In this document: one piece after another, positions 1-12,285 of the stretch
Layout of the letters: every line of letters starts with the position of its first letter
Numbering within the stretch: position 1 is the first letter of the stretch
NCBI GenBank assembly: GCA_965235115.1
Contig: OZ249445.1
Location: forward strand, 6,944,001 to 7,008,000
Direction: 5' to 3'
Source of the DNA: Laetmonice hystrix
Lineage: Eukaryota
Length of the DNA stretch: 64,000 nucleotides
The notes under the pieces: model-generated
The model's database searches: none
The model's input: the letters and a program-made list of their open reading frames with translations, nothing else
What the model was told of the DNA's origin: nothing
Made by a program: the position numbers and the translations under genes

Positions 1-804
1 CCCCCTGAGGACGGGTTATACCGACTTGGTCTCTGTGTCCTCTGTCTCCATCTCCTGGTGGCATTCCTCTGTTACATGTTCGACTACATCCTTTACTGGA
101 TCCTGGCCATGATTCAGCGCCACAGTGACCCCAAGTATGACTTCACGGGCAAGGATAGTCTCCAACTGGTTGTCCTAGGCGAGGGCGTCATCACCGATCT
201 CCTTCATGTCTTCCTCAAAGGTTTCCACCCGGCAAACCTCTTTGGTTACACTCTTGATCTTCACGTCTGCCTCCCCAACCCAACCCCGCCCTCTATCTTC
301 CTTCTCCTCGTCATCTTCCTCCTCTACTTCGCCCTCATCCTCTCTATTCTCCTCAAGGCGTACATTCTCCGGTTCCGTAACCGCATCACTGCCTACTTCT
401 ACCCGGAGCGGGAGAAGGCACGCGTCGTTCACCTTTACAATGTGGTGCTCAACCAGAGGTTCCGGATACCCAAACTACTCCAACTACGAGCCAAGGTGAA
501 CAACCGCGAGAAGCAAACCCGCGAACAGATCAGCGTGTGTCACCGTATGGCGGCCAAGGTACCGTGGTGCCGGGTGTTTGTCTATAAGCAGGCCCGCTGT
601 TTGGTGTGTGGCTGCGTGGAGGATCAGACTTTCCGGGACTGCCAGACGGAGCACTGTCAAGGCGTCTTCTGTGGCGAGTGTTTTGATGACCTTGCCAGAC
701 TCTGTCCCATCTGTCACCAGGCCGAATACAGTGATGAGGAGGACTACGAGGAACTGGAAGATGACCTTCAGCCATACTGTAGGTCCAGCAAAATATACGT
801 CTGA
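1..804 (+). CDS. DC-STAMP-domain protein, DCST1/sneaky-like, 3' part (5' end outside window)
   Basis: Frame is open from base 1 (PPEDGLYRLGLCVLCLHLLVAFLCYMFDY...). It shows the DC-STAMP pattern RHS..Y.F....L...V.G, then CLPNP, a TM helix, LRFRNRITAYFYPEREKARVVHLY, and the C-terminal RING-like cluster CLVC-x10-CQTEHC-x4-CGEC-x7-CPIC typical of DCST1/DCST2/SPE-42. Confidence 0.85.
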   Translation, partial: PPEDGLYRLGLCVLCLHLLVAFLCYMFDYILYWILAMIQRHSDPKYDFTGKDSLQLVVLGEGVITDLLHVFLKGFHPANLFGYTLDLHVCLPNPTPPSIFLLLVIFLLYFALILSILLKAYILRFRNRITAYFYPEREKARVVHLYNVVLNQRFRIPKLLQLRAKVNNREKQTREQISVCHRMAAKVPWCRVFVYKQARCLVCGCVEDQTFRDCQTEHCQGVFCGECFDDLARLCPICHQAEYSDEEDYEELEDDLQPYCRSSKIYV

Positions 805-3355
805 ACCACTGCGAGGCCCTGTTTGGATTTGTAAGCTTCGTTGGTCTTCTGTTTTGTTCCACTAGGACCAGGCTACTGAAATGAGGATGCTGTTAGGAAG
901 CTAAAGTAAACATCTTCCCCGACAACTTGTTGAGTAGGGATGAGGTGGTGACATTGTACCTGGATTAGCGCAGTAAAAGGTGAGCAAACACCTGTTGGAT
1001 CTCACTGTACTATGTGACCGTCAGAACGACCAATCTCAACGTTCTGTTGTGGCAACCTCACTGCAACTAAATGATGGTTTTTTTAAAACAAACGTTTCGT
1101 CATAAAAGAGTGAACTGCAACATGTCACATGGGGTGGTGGAGTTTGCACTGAAGTAAAGTGGACCAAAAGGTCCTGTGGACCAGGAAATGTTGTGACCAG
1201 TCGACCAAGGTCAGAACCAAGGTCAGAACCAAGCCGGCAACTCTTGCCCTGAAAACAAGGTCAAGAGGCAGTGAAACACGAAAGCAGTTTGCCTGGTGGT
1301 CTGCATGTTCTTATTGAATCTACCATTAGAGGTGCAGCTTGCAGGGGTTAACCCTAATGGTGAGCCTGGTTGAGAGGGCAATTGACTTCGACATTTGAGG
1401 AAGATGCTGACCTGCCCAATCTACAACCAGACCAGCCTAAATGGAGGCAGTTGGGATCTAACATCAATACAACACCCGGCCGGGCCAATTGATCATCCTG
1501 GTTACAAGTTCTGACAACTGGAGTGGGAGTAAAATGTCGCGCCTCTCCGCTCCTGATTGACATATGCTGGCCGTGCCGGAGGTATTTGGTATGGACGAGT
1601 GGGGGTGGTCGGGCGATGTGCTCAGCTTACCGTGGTCAGTGCCGCCGGTCAGTAGTGGCCCGGCCGGACGGTGGCTCAAGCCGGCCTGGCGGGAGGGGCG
1701 TGCCGCAGTACGCAGCCATGTGGAATGTAGCCCGGGATATGTGATTACCACCTGGACACTGGCTAACAAGATTGGGACCCTGGAGAGGACGGCGGCGTCG
1801 ATGGCTGTACAGGAGGGGTTGTAACCTTCAGCAGGGACGGCCCCACAGGATGGGGCACTCAACACGTCTAACATTCTCCCCATCCTCAACTTGTAGGACC
1901 TACCGTAACTAACAATAGCCATCGGCTATTTTTGTTGGACATGATGGAATCTTACATAGAGTGGAAGGAGACAACATTCAGGGCCAAAATATGTAAATCT
2001 GGCTCGGCAAAACGTGAACTGTGACCAGAATAATTGACCTCTAATTTTCATAAAAATTTACTGATAGCAGATATCGTTAAGGCATATTTCAAAAATAGTT
2101 GTTAGTAAGGCAACAAAGAACATTATCTTAATAAAAAATTGTATCAGTCAAATATCTCCAGTCCAACCATACTCTGTGTGTCAACCATGGTAGTCAAAGC
2201 TTCACCAAAAAAACCTTTGGCAAACAATGTTAAATATGTAGGACGATTAGTGGTGTCAAGTCTTTGGGTCAAAGCACTCCCTCCGGTCTAGTGTCAAGGA
2301 TGAGTCGGCATGGCTGCCCTTGACTATAGAATATATCACTGTCTGAAATATTGCCAGACTTTCTCATTTATATTGCGTTATTTTTATTAGGTGAACTTCC
2401 GTAGGAGAGCAGGCTTCCCACGTAGGACCAACACCCTGTATATGACCTCAGTGACTAGCTTCTATAGCTTCATAGAAGTAGAACCAGCATGTTGTTCATA
2501 GGCATTGGGTACAAACCGTACGTATTGAAGATGGTGTTCAATATCATGGTGTACATAGGTTTACCTGAGGGTAAATAAAACAATGTTACCGGTATAATAT
2601 ATGTTTGTTTCATCCTGTGCTCATGGACGTATTAAATTGTAGACAGGTAGTCTATATCTGTGGCACAGAAGCAGTGAACGGAGGAGGGTCAGACCAACAC
2701 TGTATTTGTATAGTAGAAAGTCATCAAAAAGATATTATCAAAAGGTGTAAGATAGAAAGTGCGTGTACTGAGTAATAAAAGCAATATATAGAGTTGATCT
2801 TTAAATTCACCCATACGTTGTGTTTTAATTAGGAGCAATAAGGCTCCATTGGCTTCCCCTGACCACATAGAGTAAGAATGGATCCTGCCAACTGACAAAT
2901 TATTGTAGATATAACTGAAATACTCATGACCCTATACTCACATGTTATCGATCCAGGATACAGTAATAATTTCCTAGACTGCAGTCTAAATTGATAATGA
3001 CACCTTCCGGTAAAAAATAGCAAATCACTTGTAAATCTTAATTAGACTCTAATTCACCAATACATGTGTATGACACGTATGTAGTTAAAACAAAACAAGA
3101 GATTCTGTGGCTACAATACATTATACCTGAAAGTCCTTTTAACTTCTAACAAATCCATAATAAAAGTTGCGTCCGAGTCTGAATACCACCCTACCCCCAT
3201 CCCTAATATAAAGTCTGATAAAATAAGGGGGCAAAATGAAAAGACCTTCTTGAGGCATTTCATTCTACTTCTAGATGAAAAACCCTTGAACAAAAAATCT
3301 ACCAAGCAAAGGTTTTACAGTGGTAATGGAGTGGATGATGTTTCTATGTATCAGT

Positions 3356-3517
3356 ATATCTGGAAATCTCCAAGTATTTTGTTATAGCCAGGTAGGCATG
3401 ATAAACAGACTCATGTACATGTATTGTGTCTAGGTAAGGATATCTGGAAATCTACAAGTATTTTGTTATAGCCAGGTAGGCATGATAAACACTCATGTAT
3501 TGTGTCTAGGTAAGGAT
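3356..3517. repeat. Two-copy tandem duplication (~84/76 bp units)
   Basis: atatctggaaatct[c/a]caagtattttgttatagccaggtaggcatgataaac...tgtattgtgtctaggtaagg occurs twice head-to-tail. Confidence 0.9.
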
Positions 3518-4340
3518 TTTTCTGATGCCGCTACCGTTTTACAATGTTTGTTAGTGTTATAGTGGTTGTTGAAAAGAGAATTGGCTGTTGATGGAATGTT
3601 AAAGTTCACTACCAGCCAGAACTCTTCCCTATCATGGTGATGTACATAAGCCTTGTGTGCTTCAATTACTGTGACAAATCAGCACGTGAAGTGTGCATCC
3701 ATGTATATAAATATATCCACTTCCTGTGCACAATAAACAGTGTTGACAAGCAAACGCCAGCTCTCCAGCATTCTTTGTCCCCCCCCCCCACCTACTCAGT
3801 ACTGTCTGACAGAATGACGTTCATGACAACACTACCGGTACACCAGGAACCAATCCAAACTTTTTCTGCTTATTCTTATAATGACCTCCACTTACTATTA
3901 AAATAGAATAACAATTCTCATTATAACATATATATCTGCCATTCATTTCAACAGTTGAGGTCTACAAAGCATAGTGACCAGGGTTTCCTCATATATAAGT
4001 AACACTTTCATAATATAACATGATACTCTTTCTCATGAAATGTTTGGCATGTAGCTCAGCCAGGCCACTAAAAATTACGTCTTCTTTGTTAACAAAAATG
4101 TACTGTCAATCACTCTGGTTGCAAATGTTAGTACATGTTAGTATGTATGCCATGATGGCATTCAAAAATATGATTCATACTATAACAATAAAGTATTTAC
4201 AGATAAATACTAGGAGTAAAAATGTCTTGGTTTTCTAATTCCTTCTATTCTCTGGTCACCAACGTGGTCTAAGGCAGTGTGGCTAGGTTACGACGTGGAA
4301 CGTTACTGATACAGAACAGGTATGCAGTGCTGCCACCTAC

Positions 4341-5654
4341 CTTTTTGCGAGTGAGGCTATTGAAGAGCTTCAATCCTGTGATGCAGGTTCCAGCAGGTGG
4401 CGCCCATGTAGGCTGAGAACGTTTTGTGCTCTTCTCTGCCAACAGACAGAAACAAGACTTGAAAAACGGCAATTTTGATCATACATGCTGAGTTCTTCGT
4501 TGTTGTTCTTCTTTTTTAATGAATGAATGAATGAATGAATGAATGAATGAATGAATGAATGAATGAATGAATGAATGAATGAATGAATGAATGAATGAAT
4601 GAAAGGACGTAGTCCCGGAAAGTTCCACTTTCCAGCAAAAGTAAGGTTCTCCGCTGGTTTCAGTTTCATACAGGATACAAGGTCAAGACCAAACGTTTGG
4701 TTTTGCTTCTAATAAAAAGCATCTGTTAGGGAAGTTTATATTAGCCAGTATTTAACTCTCAGTTTCACAGTGGATACAATTACAGCATATGACAACAGAA
4801 TTTCATCATATTCTAGTAATGATATGATGTTAACATTCCAGATTTCTCACCCAAGACATTAGCCTAAATCATTTCAACCATATCACCCAAAGCAATGAGA
4901 AAATGAGAGGAACAAAAGTTGCTGGAAATAATAACTCTTTCTCATGACATTATCAGATCATTATTAACATGTCCAACAGGTAATGAACTACTTGATACAT
5001 CTGACAACAACTTGTAACATAGTACTAAAGTACATTTGCCATACTACATTGGTAAATATAAGAGTCAGTTCTAATGCCAATAAAGGTTGGGCACCCCTGT
5101 GCTGCTGATATTGTTAAAAGGTCAGTTGGTTAGTAGGTCACTGGGTTTAAGGTCTTTGGATTTAACAAGGGGAAAGGTATCATCACATAATTCAATAACT
5201 TTATATTGACTGTGTTGTCTTGCCTAGTACATGTGTACAAATGTATGTAACATCTTGCTCCTGATATAGTAATGGTACTGGTAGTGGTAGTTTGAGGGTT
5301 ACCATTCCAAGGTCCCTAAATTAAATACTAAAAGGAAATACTGATATAGACTTAGCAGGCACCAAGACAGAATGCCTGCATGTATTTAAATCAGGAGAGC
5401 TCCACTTAGATGACATTACTATCAACTGGACTTGGCCAGGGTAGGTGTTCATATACTGGACAAGCTTTGGTCTATAGGGAGTCGGATTGTAATGTCTTGC
5501 TTAACCTGTAGAACACTCACTGTTTTGGCTAAGATAGAAGACTTAGCTAAAACAGGGGGATCCTTTATGAAACATGACCCTTCCATATAGAAACCCATGG
5601 TATGTTCTGACAGATAACTAATCAGACACTCTTCCAGGGGCACCGCTGCCGGGC

Positions 5655-5685
<31 letters not shown>

Positions 5686-7241
5686 ATGTCTCCCCCACTT
5701 TTGCTGGTGGCCTAAAAAAGTCACAGAAATTAGGCCTACTTCAATCTGGAGGAAAAGGTCAAACACACTAGTGACCATTCAAATTGCACTAGTGGCAAAC
5801 CCTGCATTCCAACAATCAAAAATGCGATCTATTAGTACTAGTAGGCCTAAATGTGGACAATCTGTTGTAATTTCTGTCATTTTGCCACTTTTCAGGTGGT
5901 ATTAGGCTATCAGAGATATTTATCTAAATTTTCATGTCCGGAACCGAGAGATCTGAGTCTTTGAGTGGTCGACCAAAACGTCTGTGACACTCGCCCACAT
6001 TGGCGACCAAGTCCAAGGAACCGAGCCGGGAGGGGCACACAGGTTTAAAACATGTCAGGAGTTACTGACCCATTTTCAAAGATGTCAAAGCCTCAAAGGA
6101 TGGGAAGGAGGAGGGAAGGCAAGGTAGGGGGACTAAGGGGGTCTTTTGGAGGCTAGAGGTCAATTAAAATTAATTAAAAGCCATAAATAAATTAAAAAAA
6201 TTCTTTTGCCATTAGGTTAGACCACCAAAATTTGAGGTGGACCACTAAGTTTCCAGACTTACTGGTCTGGTCTGACCACCAAGTTGGTGGAACCTGTTTG
6301 CAGCACTGCACTCTCCAAGTCCAATGCCTTTAAATTCCCTGGAAATTGCATTCTTCTTAATCCGCGTAAATGCTTTTTGACCTTCCAATCTGAGAAATAC
6401 CTCAGATAGAGGCCTTTGTTTCCCTCCAATTGTCCAAATCTCACTTCAAGAGGGAGTGAGTGAGTAGTTGCTGTTGAATGCCCAGCCAGCAACATTTCAG
6501 CTATCAGGGCGAGAACAAGGTGACTAACTCAGTCGGTGAAATCCACTGTGTGATAATGATGACATGATACGAAGAAACCTGCCCACCGGGGCGAACCCTT
6601 ACTCTTTTTGATAGATTCCAAGGGATCTTTAACGTGCCCCTTCCCATAGAACTTGATAAAGCAGTTGGCAGCACTGCTATACTGCTATGCAGGCAAGTCT
6701 GGCGAGGCCGCGGCTCAAACTCAGAACCTTTGAATCAAGATCCTGTGCTCCAACCACTGCACCCCCATACTATAGCAGTATAGCTAACTAGTCTGCATCA
6801 AAATTACTGCAAACCAAAAGATGGCATGTGAATGTGATAATCAGTTTAAAGAATATTGGTCTTTTCCCCACCTTGTCAATGACATTAAACACTTTGCTGT
6901 GGGCGTGGCATTCCCCCTCCCGTATTAAAGAAGCTTTGACACCCCAGCTGACACCAGCAGACACCGCAGTCATTGTGCTTGTATCGTTAGTCTCTTTGCT
7001 TTGACTCACAGTCGCACCCACACTCAGACTTTTGCAGACGAACCCGGTGGGCGATAAAAGACGCATCCCTCATTGGCGAATATGATGAAAGTGTGTTAAC
7101 TTTGAAACTACGTATCAACAATGCATATATCGATATCACAGCGTATAAAATTCCTCAATCCAGAAGTAGTCACCTTTTGATATTACCAGGTAGGTTTTAA
7201 AGAAAGATAATCAGTCCCCAAATCTTACCGGACTCTGTCAT
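4341..7241 (-). CDS. CARS1: Cysteinyl-tRNA synthetase (cytosolic), first two coding exons: 7229-7241 and 4341-4435; rest presumably left of window
   Basis: ATG ACA GAG TCC G|gtaag spliced to cag|AGAAG...AAAAAG|gtag gives MTESEKSTKRSQPTWAPPAGTCITGLKLFNSLTRKK. This matches the CARS1 N-terminus as recalled (RRVQPQWSPPAG...LHLYNSLTRNK), with a similar short first exon. Confidence 0.8.
4518..4603. repeat. (GAAT)n microsatellite, ~21 units
   Basis: Perfect tetranucleotide run seen directly. Confidence 0.97.
6452..6766 (-). mobile_element. tRNA-derived SINE with Deu/Nin-like central domain, in CARS1 intron 1
   Basis: Minus strand: tRNA-like head with A box (TGCAGTGG) and decayed B box (GTTTGAGCC), central GCACGTTAAAGATCCCTTGG...AAGAGTAAGGGTTCGCCCCGGTG resembling the Deu-domain core, and an (ACTC)n tail. 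Confidence 0.65.
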
Positions 7242-7527
7242 GTTGGCGAACGTGTCGAGGCTATCCGAAGACTGACGAAATTACCAGCCTCGTTTCAGAC
7301 CGAATGTGTACAAGCAAAACCCTCAAAACACTAATAATATACCTTTTATACATAACATGAGACAATACTTACATTTTAATGTATTTTTTGCTTATACATT
7401 TTTTTCATAGATTTTTCTAAAGACACTTGCACTGTATAAAGGGCGTACCACGGCGTCCAGTCTTCGGTTCGAGATTATCGACCTCATTTTGACGTCTACG
7501 AGCAAGAGAGCGAGAGAGAGAGGCAGC
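7242..7527. promoter_or_regulatory. Putative bidirectional promoter between CARS1 and eIF3m
   Basis: The two ATGs point away from each other with only 286 bp between them. Confidence 0.6.
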
Positions 7528-10500
7528 ATGAGCGTGCCGGTTTTCATAGATTTAGTCGAGGACGACCAGGTAATAACTTATTCACGCTATATTTGATAAA
7601 TATGCGACGATGATGACATATAGAAAATACTGAGTGGGTATAAAAACATGAGTCTGTCAAATCATTGTAGAAAAAGCATCAGGTTTTGAAACACATGGCT
7701 AGCCGGAGATTGCAATATGGTACGAATACCGAGTTAGGTATCACAACACAACTTACTTTATAGTTATTATCTGGGAGTTTTAAAATGTAAACGCAGTGCC
7801 AGTGGTTATTCTGCCGTCAGACGGAAGAAGTACTGTATTATTATACTGTTATTATTATTAACTGTAAGAAGTATTAGTTTGACGCTTTACCGACACGAAA
7901 CAGTATGTTTGGGTTAGAGTTATGGTTAGGCCTAACGTTAGGGTTAGTGTTGCCTACTGACACTTAGTTTAGTCCAAAAATTGTTGTTAATTAGGCACTA
8001 ATTAATCCTCTATTCTGCCGTAAGGCACTATCCAATAAGAATCCAGTATTGCCGTCACGTGACCCACCCATACGCCGGCAGAATAACCACTGCCTAATGT
8101 GAATGAATTGGGGCCCCTTTTTATTTCACCCATATTCAAGGTCATAATAAACGGTGGGGTGCCCCCCCCCCCCCCCCCACTGTACAAATGCTTGTACGGT
8201 GGGGGGGGGGGCAGTGCTAAAGAAACCTGGCACAAGACTGACTCGGTGTGGCGAAACCGGTGTGGCTAGTGACTAACATGATCATTATAACAGCCATATA
8301 AAAGTCAGGCTAAGTATGCCATTTCTTTGCTTGTTGTCCACAGATAGCTGATTTACGAAGCTATCTGAAGTCACTGGGAGCAGAGATCTCTGAAGAGAAT
8401 TCACCAGATGGATACCTGGTAGATCTGGCACAGATTGTAGAAGTTTCTGACACAGTATGGAGAGAGGAAAAGTCAGAGTCAGGTGAGTACATGGACCTCT
8501 TGTGGAACTGGAGTGAAGACTGAACTATCCTTAATGATCTGTATCAGGCACCTGAGGAAAGGTTCAGCAACAGAGGAATAATATCTAACCACCCAAATAT
8601 AAAGTCAATCGAAGCAATTTTGGATGTAACCACCATTGAATGATGTGATTTTGTTTTCAGATGCAGAGAGTGTGATGAACAGCATAGTCTCACTGCTGTT
8701 AGTTGTACCACCAGAGAAGTCAGAAGGAATCATTATGACACTTTGTGAAAAACTTTGCAAAACCCATGATGACAAAAGCAACATCGCTCGCTTCAGACTG
8801 TAAGTTTATAGAAAAGGCATTATAAGAAAATCACATTTAGAAAGTAGGCATTTGTGTGTTAAACCGAATGGAGACTTAATAGCACCAAGGTTTAGTTGTT
8901 AAGTTATTGTATGTATGTCAAAAGGCATCGTCACTGAATAAAACTTGATTTTTTTTCAGGCTGAACAACCTTTTCCAAGGACTAGAAGAACGCAACCCTT
9001 TGCGATACACAGTCTACCTTTCTATGGTCAAACTGGCTGGGAAAACAGACTACATCCATCATGTTAATTCTGACCTGGATGAAGTATGGCTTTTATTTTT
9101 ATTGATTCTTTATAAACTTATTTATTATTCCTACATTTTAGTTTTCTTCTCACATACAGATTACATTAACTTATGATTTAGTAAATGTATTAATTTTGTG
9201 TCTTGACTTCTTTATGCAATTGATGTATCAGTGCAAGAGAATGAACAGCATGAAATATTATATGGCATGATGAAATGTTATTCAATTATTAACTTGCAAT
9301 ATTACAGATTAAGAAATGGCTAGGAATGTGGGAAGTTAGCCCTGTCAGAGTACAGAATCTGTTGCGCAACCTTCATGAAGCTTTCCTGGACTGCAGACAA
9401 GTGTATGTATCATCCAGGACCTTGTATTTTTCACATAGGAAACACGAGTTTTGCAAATATTCAAATTTAAAAATATTCCAACTATTTCAAAACTTAATGG
9501 ATAAGATAAATCCACGATGTTCAACCTGGTTTACATGCATGTTCCAGAGAAAAAGCCACCAAAGTCATGATTGAGCTGTTGGCAACGTATACAGAAGAAA
9601 ATGCCTCTCAGGCCAGAGATGATGCTCACAAGTATGTTACCCTTGTGCATATTGTTGACCATAATGTTTCACACTGGAAGGAAAGGACCATGTTGAAGTT
9701 TCTTTTTTAAATATTGATATTCTTCATCACTCAAAAAGCTTTGTGACATTGAGGACTACTTTTTTATGATAGCTATAATATATACATTTTATAGTTTCCT
9801 AGCTGGAAAGCTATACTAAAATTAGCATGGAATCTTAAAGATCTACATGTGTGTTTATAGGTGCATTGTGACTTGTCTGGCTGATCCAAGTACTTTTCTT
9901 ATGGACCATCTGCTAACACTCAAACCTGTTAAATTCCTTGAGGGGGAACTCATTCATGATGTAAGTATCAAACAAACCAAGAGCCTGGGAAAACCAAACG
10001 ACAGTCTTACATACTACATGATAACTGGTTCAAGCGAGATGTGCCAACCAATCCAGTGAGTCAGTTGTTATCTGTACTGATGAAATGCTGTTTTCTCTTT
10101 CAAGCTGTTGACGATATTCGTTTCTGGAAAATTGGCACAGTATATCCAGTTCTACCAATCACACATGGACTTCATCAACACCATAGGTAAACTTCCACAC
10201 AGATGCATTCAAGGATTGAATGCGTTCAGAATAAAGATATGCAAAAATCTCTCCAATATATATACTGTAATCTGCAGCTGGTTGCACTGTACCCAAGTTT
10301 CAGAACCTTTTCTTAGATGTTATGAAATTCCTAATTTAGAAAATATTATCTTTGCCCTCAGGCCTGTCACACGAAGCCAACATGCAAAAGATGCGCCTTC
10401 TCACCTTTATGCAGATGGCTGAGATGCATAAAGAGATTGATTTTGATACGATCAAGCATGAAATGAGGCTTGGAGATGATGATGTCGAGTCCTTCATTAT

Positions 10501-10814
10501 TGATGGTAAGATTTGAATATTATATAAAAATATCCACTTCGTGATGAAACGGTGCTCTTTATATGTCAGCCATGTTCATTCACTTATTCAGCAATATTAG
10601 AAGTACATGTGTACTTGTGTTTGTTTTTTCAGTTGTTCGCACCACAGCAGTTCGTGCCAAGATGGACCAGATGGCTCGAAAGGTCATTATTTCATCAACG
10701 ACCCATCGTACTTTTGGAAAACAACAGTGGCAACTTCTGCGGGAAAACCTCGTCTATTGGCACAACAACCTCGAGTCAGTTCTAAATTCACTCTCCAGCT
10801 TGACATCGGCCTAA
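7528..10814 (+). CDS. EIF3M: Eukaryotic translation initiation factor 3 subunit M; 10 exons (7528-7569, 8344-8482, 8661-8799, 8960-9083, 9308-9402, 9548-9631, 9861-9960, 10105-10186, 10362-10505, 10633-10814), 376 aa
   Basis: Spliced product [33 protein letters not shown]...[19 protein letters not shown]...[15 protein letters not shown] matches eIF3m. All introns are GT-AG and phases close to 1131 nt. AATAAA near 11063. Confidence 0.97.
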
Positions 10815-12285
10815 ATCTGTACACAGCAACAAAATATTGATACAGATCAGAAAAGACAAGGCATCATCAGATACATTTGGTTACGCGATTCTCCTCTCAT
10901 AAAAAGGCGCTGCTGAGTGGACCTCTAGAAGACCATCATAGGAATTATGCAGACTCTTTTCGCAAGCGTAGACGTTATAATATTATCTTTAATCATGCAA
11001 AATCGATTAAGAAATTGGAAGAAAAGACGAAAAAACAGTAATGCAAAAATGTAAATGTTTCCATGCCTGTAAGAGTTTTATCACATGAGATTTGATATAC
11101 TGCATTGTATAGCAAGGGGGATAATAAACCAATCTTCATGAGAAAATGACTTTTTTTATCTCCCTAAAACGGTTGATCCCTTAAAAATGAAAAATATCAC
11201 ATCAGCAAAGCAGTATGCATAATCTGATCGAGGGAACGAGTATGATTGGTGCACTTTAACAGTTCATGAGGTAACTCGCATGTATTTTATGAAAAACCTT
11301 TATTGACAACCTAGTATCTTTTACTCAACCTTTCTATAAATTAAAATGTTAGTATGCTTTCATGACTACTCCAAGAAGGCGTGTCTAAAGTTATTTTTCT
11401 GTTGCATAAAATCAAAGTACATCAAAATAACTGACTGCATAGATCTTAACACAGCATGTCGAATCAGTCACAAAAATCCTCCCAGACATACAACAGAATC
11501 TAAAAATGTTCTTTGGCAAAAATATGGTTATGTGGACGGATAACGGTGCGAACCGAATGACTAGATTCTGTTGTAGTATACACATGTATTCCTCACGGCT
11601 GTCTACGACCGTACGTTTACATACATGGTGTACCTGGTGATAGCATAACATATTGTCACGATCGTCATCACAACAGTGAAGACCCAATGTATCACCATCA
11701 CATCCACACATTTTCTTTTCTAATTAACTTTCTAATAAATGCCCACTAATAAACCTACTCCTATTAGGAGGATGCCTTTTCAAGCCTGGAATGTGTACAG
11801 ACTGGTATTGATTGGCACCTCTCACATCATCACTCTTAGAAAACATGGCAAGTACTTGGTAACTGGCATCCTACGTAACTGATAAATCGTCAAACTTCTC
11901 ACACATTCCAGGAAAATGAAATAAATGACGAATACTAGTACCTGGGAGGGACGCAGTTCACGCCTTACTGGACGGTCTTATTGATTCATATTTTATTTAG
12001 TTTTTTTAAAGTTCATCTTTGCAACATGTAATATGGCTTTAGGACAGCACTTACAGCTGTTACTGAAAGTGGTCCTTTATCCCATACCCCCACATACCGA
12101 GTTAGTCTCAATGGCACAGGGGTTACTTTGGTCTCTGACAATGCAGTTTCCTTTACATAACTCAATAACAATAGTTCTTATAGAATACAAAACAGTTTCT
12201 ATGAAAAATAATTTACATTTTCATGATGACCAGTATCTCAATGAATCTCCTTCCTTGACTGGAGTGGGTACCATGGTTGGGAGCA

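Noticed and set aside
5449-7066. ORFs in CARS1 intron 1 as the alternative GST-like insert exon
   Set aside because: No recognisable similarity; part of the region is explained by the SINE.
8483-10361. Possible snoRNAs in eIF3m introns 2, 7 and 8
   Set aside because: Only partial C/D or H boxes and no recognisable rRNA guide; needs an Infernal/snoscan search.
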